DNA of 64,000 nt from Mobula hypostoma. Taxonomy: Eukaryota. The DNA is taken from the NCBI RefSeq assembly GCF_963921235.1, contig NC_086108.1, positions 88,972,001-89,036,000 of the forward strand, in the 5' to 3' direction. Of this stretch, positions 62,247-64,000 are shown piece after piece (within the stretch, counting starts at the first letter, position 1; every line of letters begins with the position of its first letter). The notes under the pieces are model-generated. The model worked only from the letters and a program-made list of their open reading frames with translations. It had not been told where the DNA came from and did not search any database. The translations under genes were made by a program, and so were the position numbers.

Positions 62247-63822
62247 TCCAAAGTTCACTGTAAATTTGTTATCAAAGTGAATACTGTATATGTCACTATA
62301 TACAACCCTGAGATTTATTTTCTTGCAGGCATACTCAATAAATTCATAGAACAATAACCATAGCAGAATCAATGAGACTGCATCAATTTGGGCATTCAAC
62401 CAATGTGCAAAAGACAACAAACTACAAACACAAAAAGAAGGAAATAATAAAAGTAATTAATATGCAATAAATATTGAGAACATGAGATGAAGAGTCCTTG
62501 AAAATGAGTCCAAAGGTTGTGGTATCAGTTCAATGATAGGGCAAGTGAAGTTGAGTGAAGTTATCACCTTTGGTTCAAGAGCATGATGGTTGAGAGATAA
62601 TACCTCAATTCCTGAACCCAAGTTCCTGAACCCAGTCCTAAGGCTCCTGTATCTTCTTCCTGATGGCAACAGTGAGAAGAGAGCTTTACCTGGGTGGGGG
62701 GTTGTGGGTGGCTTGATGATGGAGCTGCTTTCCTGTGGTATTGTTTGGTGTAGATGTGCTCAATGGTGGAAAAGTCTTTACCAGTGATGGACTGGTCTGT
62801 ATTCATTACTATTTATAGGATTTTCTGTTCAAGGACATTGGTGTTTCCCTACCAGAATGTGATGCTGCCTTTTAAAATACTCTTCATTACACATCTATAG
62901 AAGATGACAAAGTTTTAGAAGTCATGCTGAATCTTCGCAAACTCTTAAGGAACTACAGGTGCTACCATGCTTTCTTTGTAAATGCACTTACATGCTGGGC
63001 ACAGGACAGGTCCTCCAAGATAATAACACCTAGGAACTTAAAACTACTGACCCTCTCCACCTCTGATCCTCTGATGAGGACTGGCTCATGGACCTCTAGT
63101 TTTCTTCTCTTGAAGTCAACAATCGACGCCTTGGTCTTGCTGATATTGAGTAAGAACTTGTTGGTATGGCAACAATCAGCCAATTTGTCTCCTATATGCT
63201 GATTCATCACCACCTTTGATTCAGCAAATGACAGTGGTGTTGTCACAGACTTGAAAATGGCATTGGATCTATGCTTAGCCACACAGTCTAAGTGTAAAGT
63301 GAGTAGATCAGAGGGCCAAGCATGCAGCCTTGTGGTGCGCCTGTGCTGATAGAAGTCACGTAGGAGATGCTGTTGTCCATCCAAAGTGACTGGGGTTTGC
63401 AAGTGAGGATGTTACACATCCAGTTGTACAAAGGGGTATTGAAGCCAAGGTTTTGGAGCTTATTGATTAGTTTTGAGGTGATGATAGTATTGAATGCTGA
63501 ATTGTAGTTGATAAAGAGCATCCTGGTGTTTAGACATTCCAGGGTTGAGTGTAGAGCCAATCAGATGGTGTCTGCCGTGGACCTGTTGCTTTGGTAGGAA
63601 AATTGGAGTGGATCTAAGTAATTTCCTAGGCAGGAGTTGATATGCTTCATCATCAACCTCTCAAAACACTTCATCACTCTGGATGTAAGTGCCACGGGAT
63701 GGTAGTCTTTGAGGTAGATCACCATGTTCATCTTAGTCACCAGTATAATTGAAGCCTACTTGAAGCAAGTGGGCACCTCAGACTGCCAAAATGAGAGATT
63801 AAAGATCTTGGTGAACAATGCA
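62247..63822 (-). mobile_element. Rex1/Babar LINE, 5'-truncated, degenerate
   Basis: [57 protein letters not shown]. Confidence 0.9.
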
Positions 63823-64000
63823 GTCATTCTTGCTCCTAGGGCATTGACTAAGAAGAGAATGGAGAAGGATAACCTTCGCAAGGAATTGCGTGAACATTTT
63901 CAAAAGTATTGCAGATATGTGAGAGGGAAAGCAAAAGGTTAGTTTTTGTAAGAATTGTCACAGGTCAATGACCTGAAAAACCTCTTCTGATGTACTGATT

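Overview
Eukaryotic, repeat-dominated, AT-rich genomic DNA, probably intronic or intergenic. The repeat mix suggests a cartilaginous fish, probably a ray or skate (inference from recalled family motifs, no search run): CR1 LINEs with esterase ORF1, Rex1/Babar LINEs, Penelope-like elements (PLEs) with GIY-YIG endonuclease, HE1/V-SINE-like SINEs, one RTE LINE and Tc1/hAT MITEs. I cannot identify any host protein-coding gene; all long ORFs are retroelement remnants or their antisense shadows. The most notable structures are: (1) minimal type I hammerhead ribozyme motifs in many PLE ends, including ~95-bp solo insertions; (2) inverted two-armed PLE insertions delimited by 12-bp target-site duplications (TSDs); (3) a long CR1 whose 5' end carries two 146-bp NRF1/CRE/TATA-like monomers; (4) a ~530-bp Tc1-type MITE whose terminal inverted repeats are themselves hairpins; (5) templated-insertion repair scars; (6) a perfect 43-bp AT-rich palindrome; and (7) a few weak candidate exons. 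Boundaries of old repeats are approximate.
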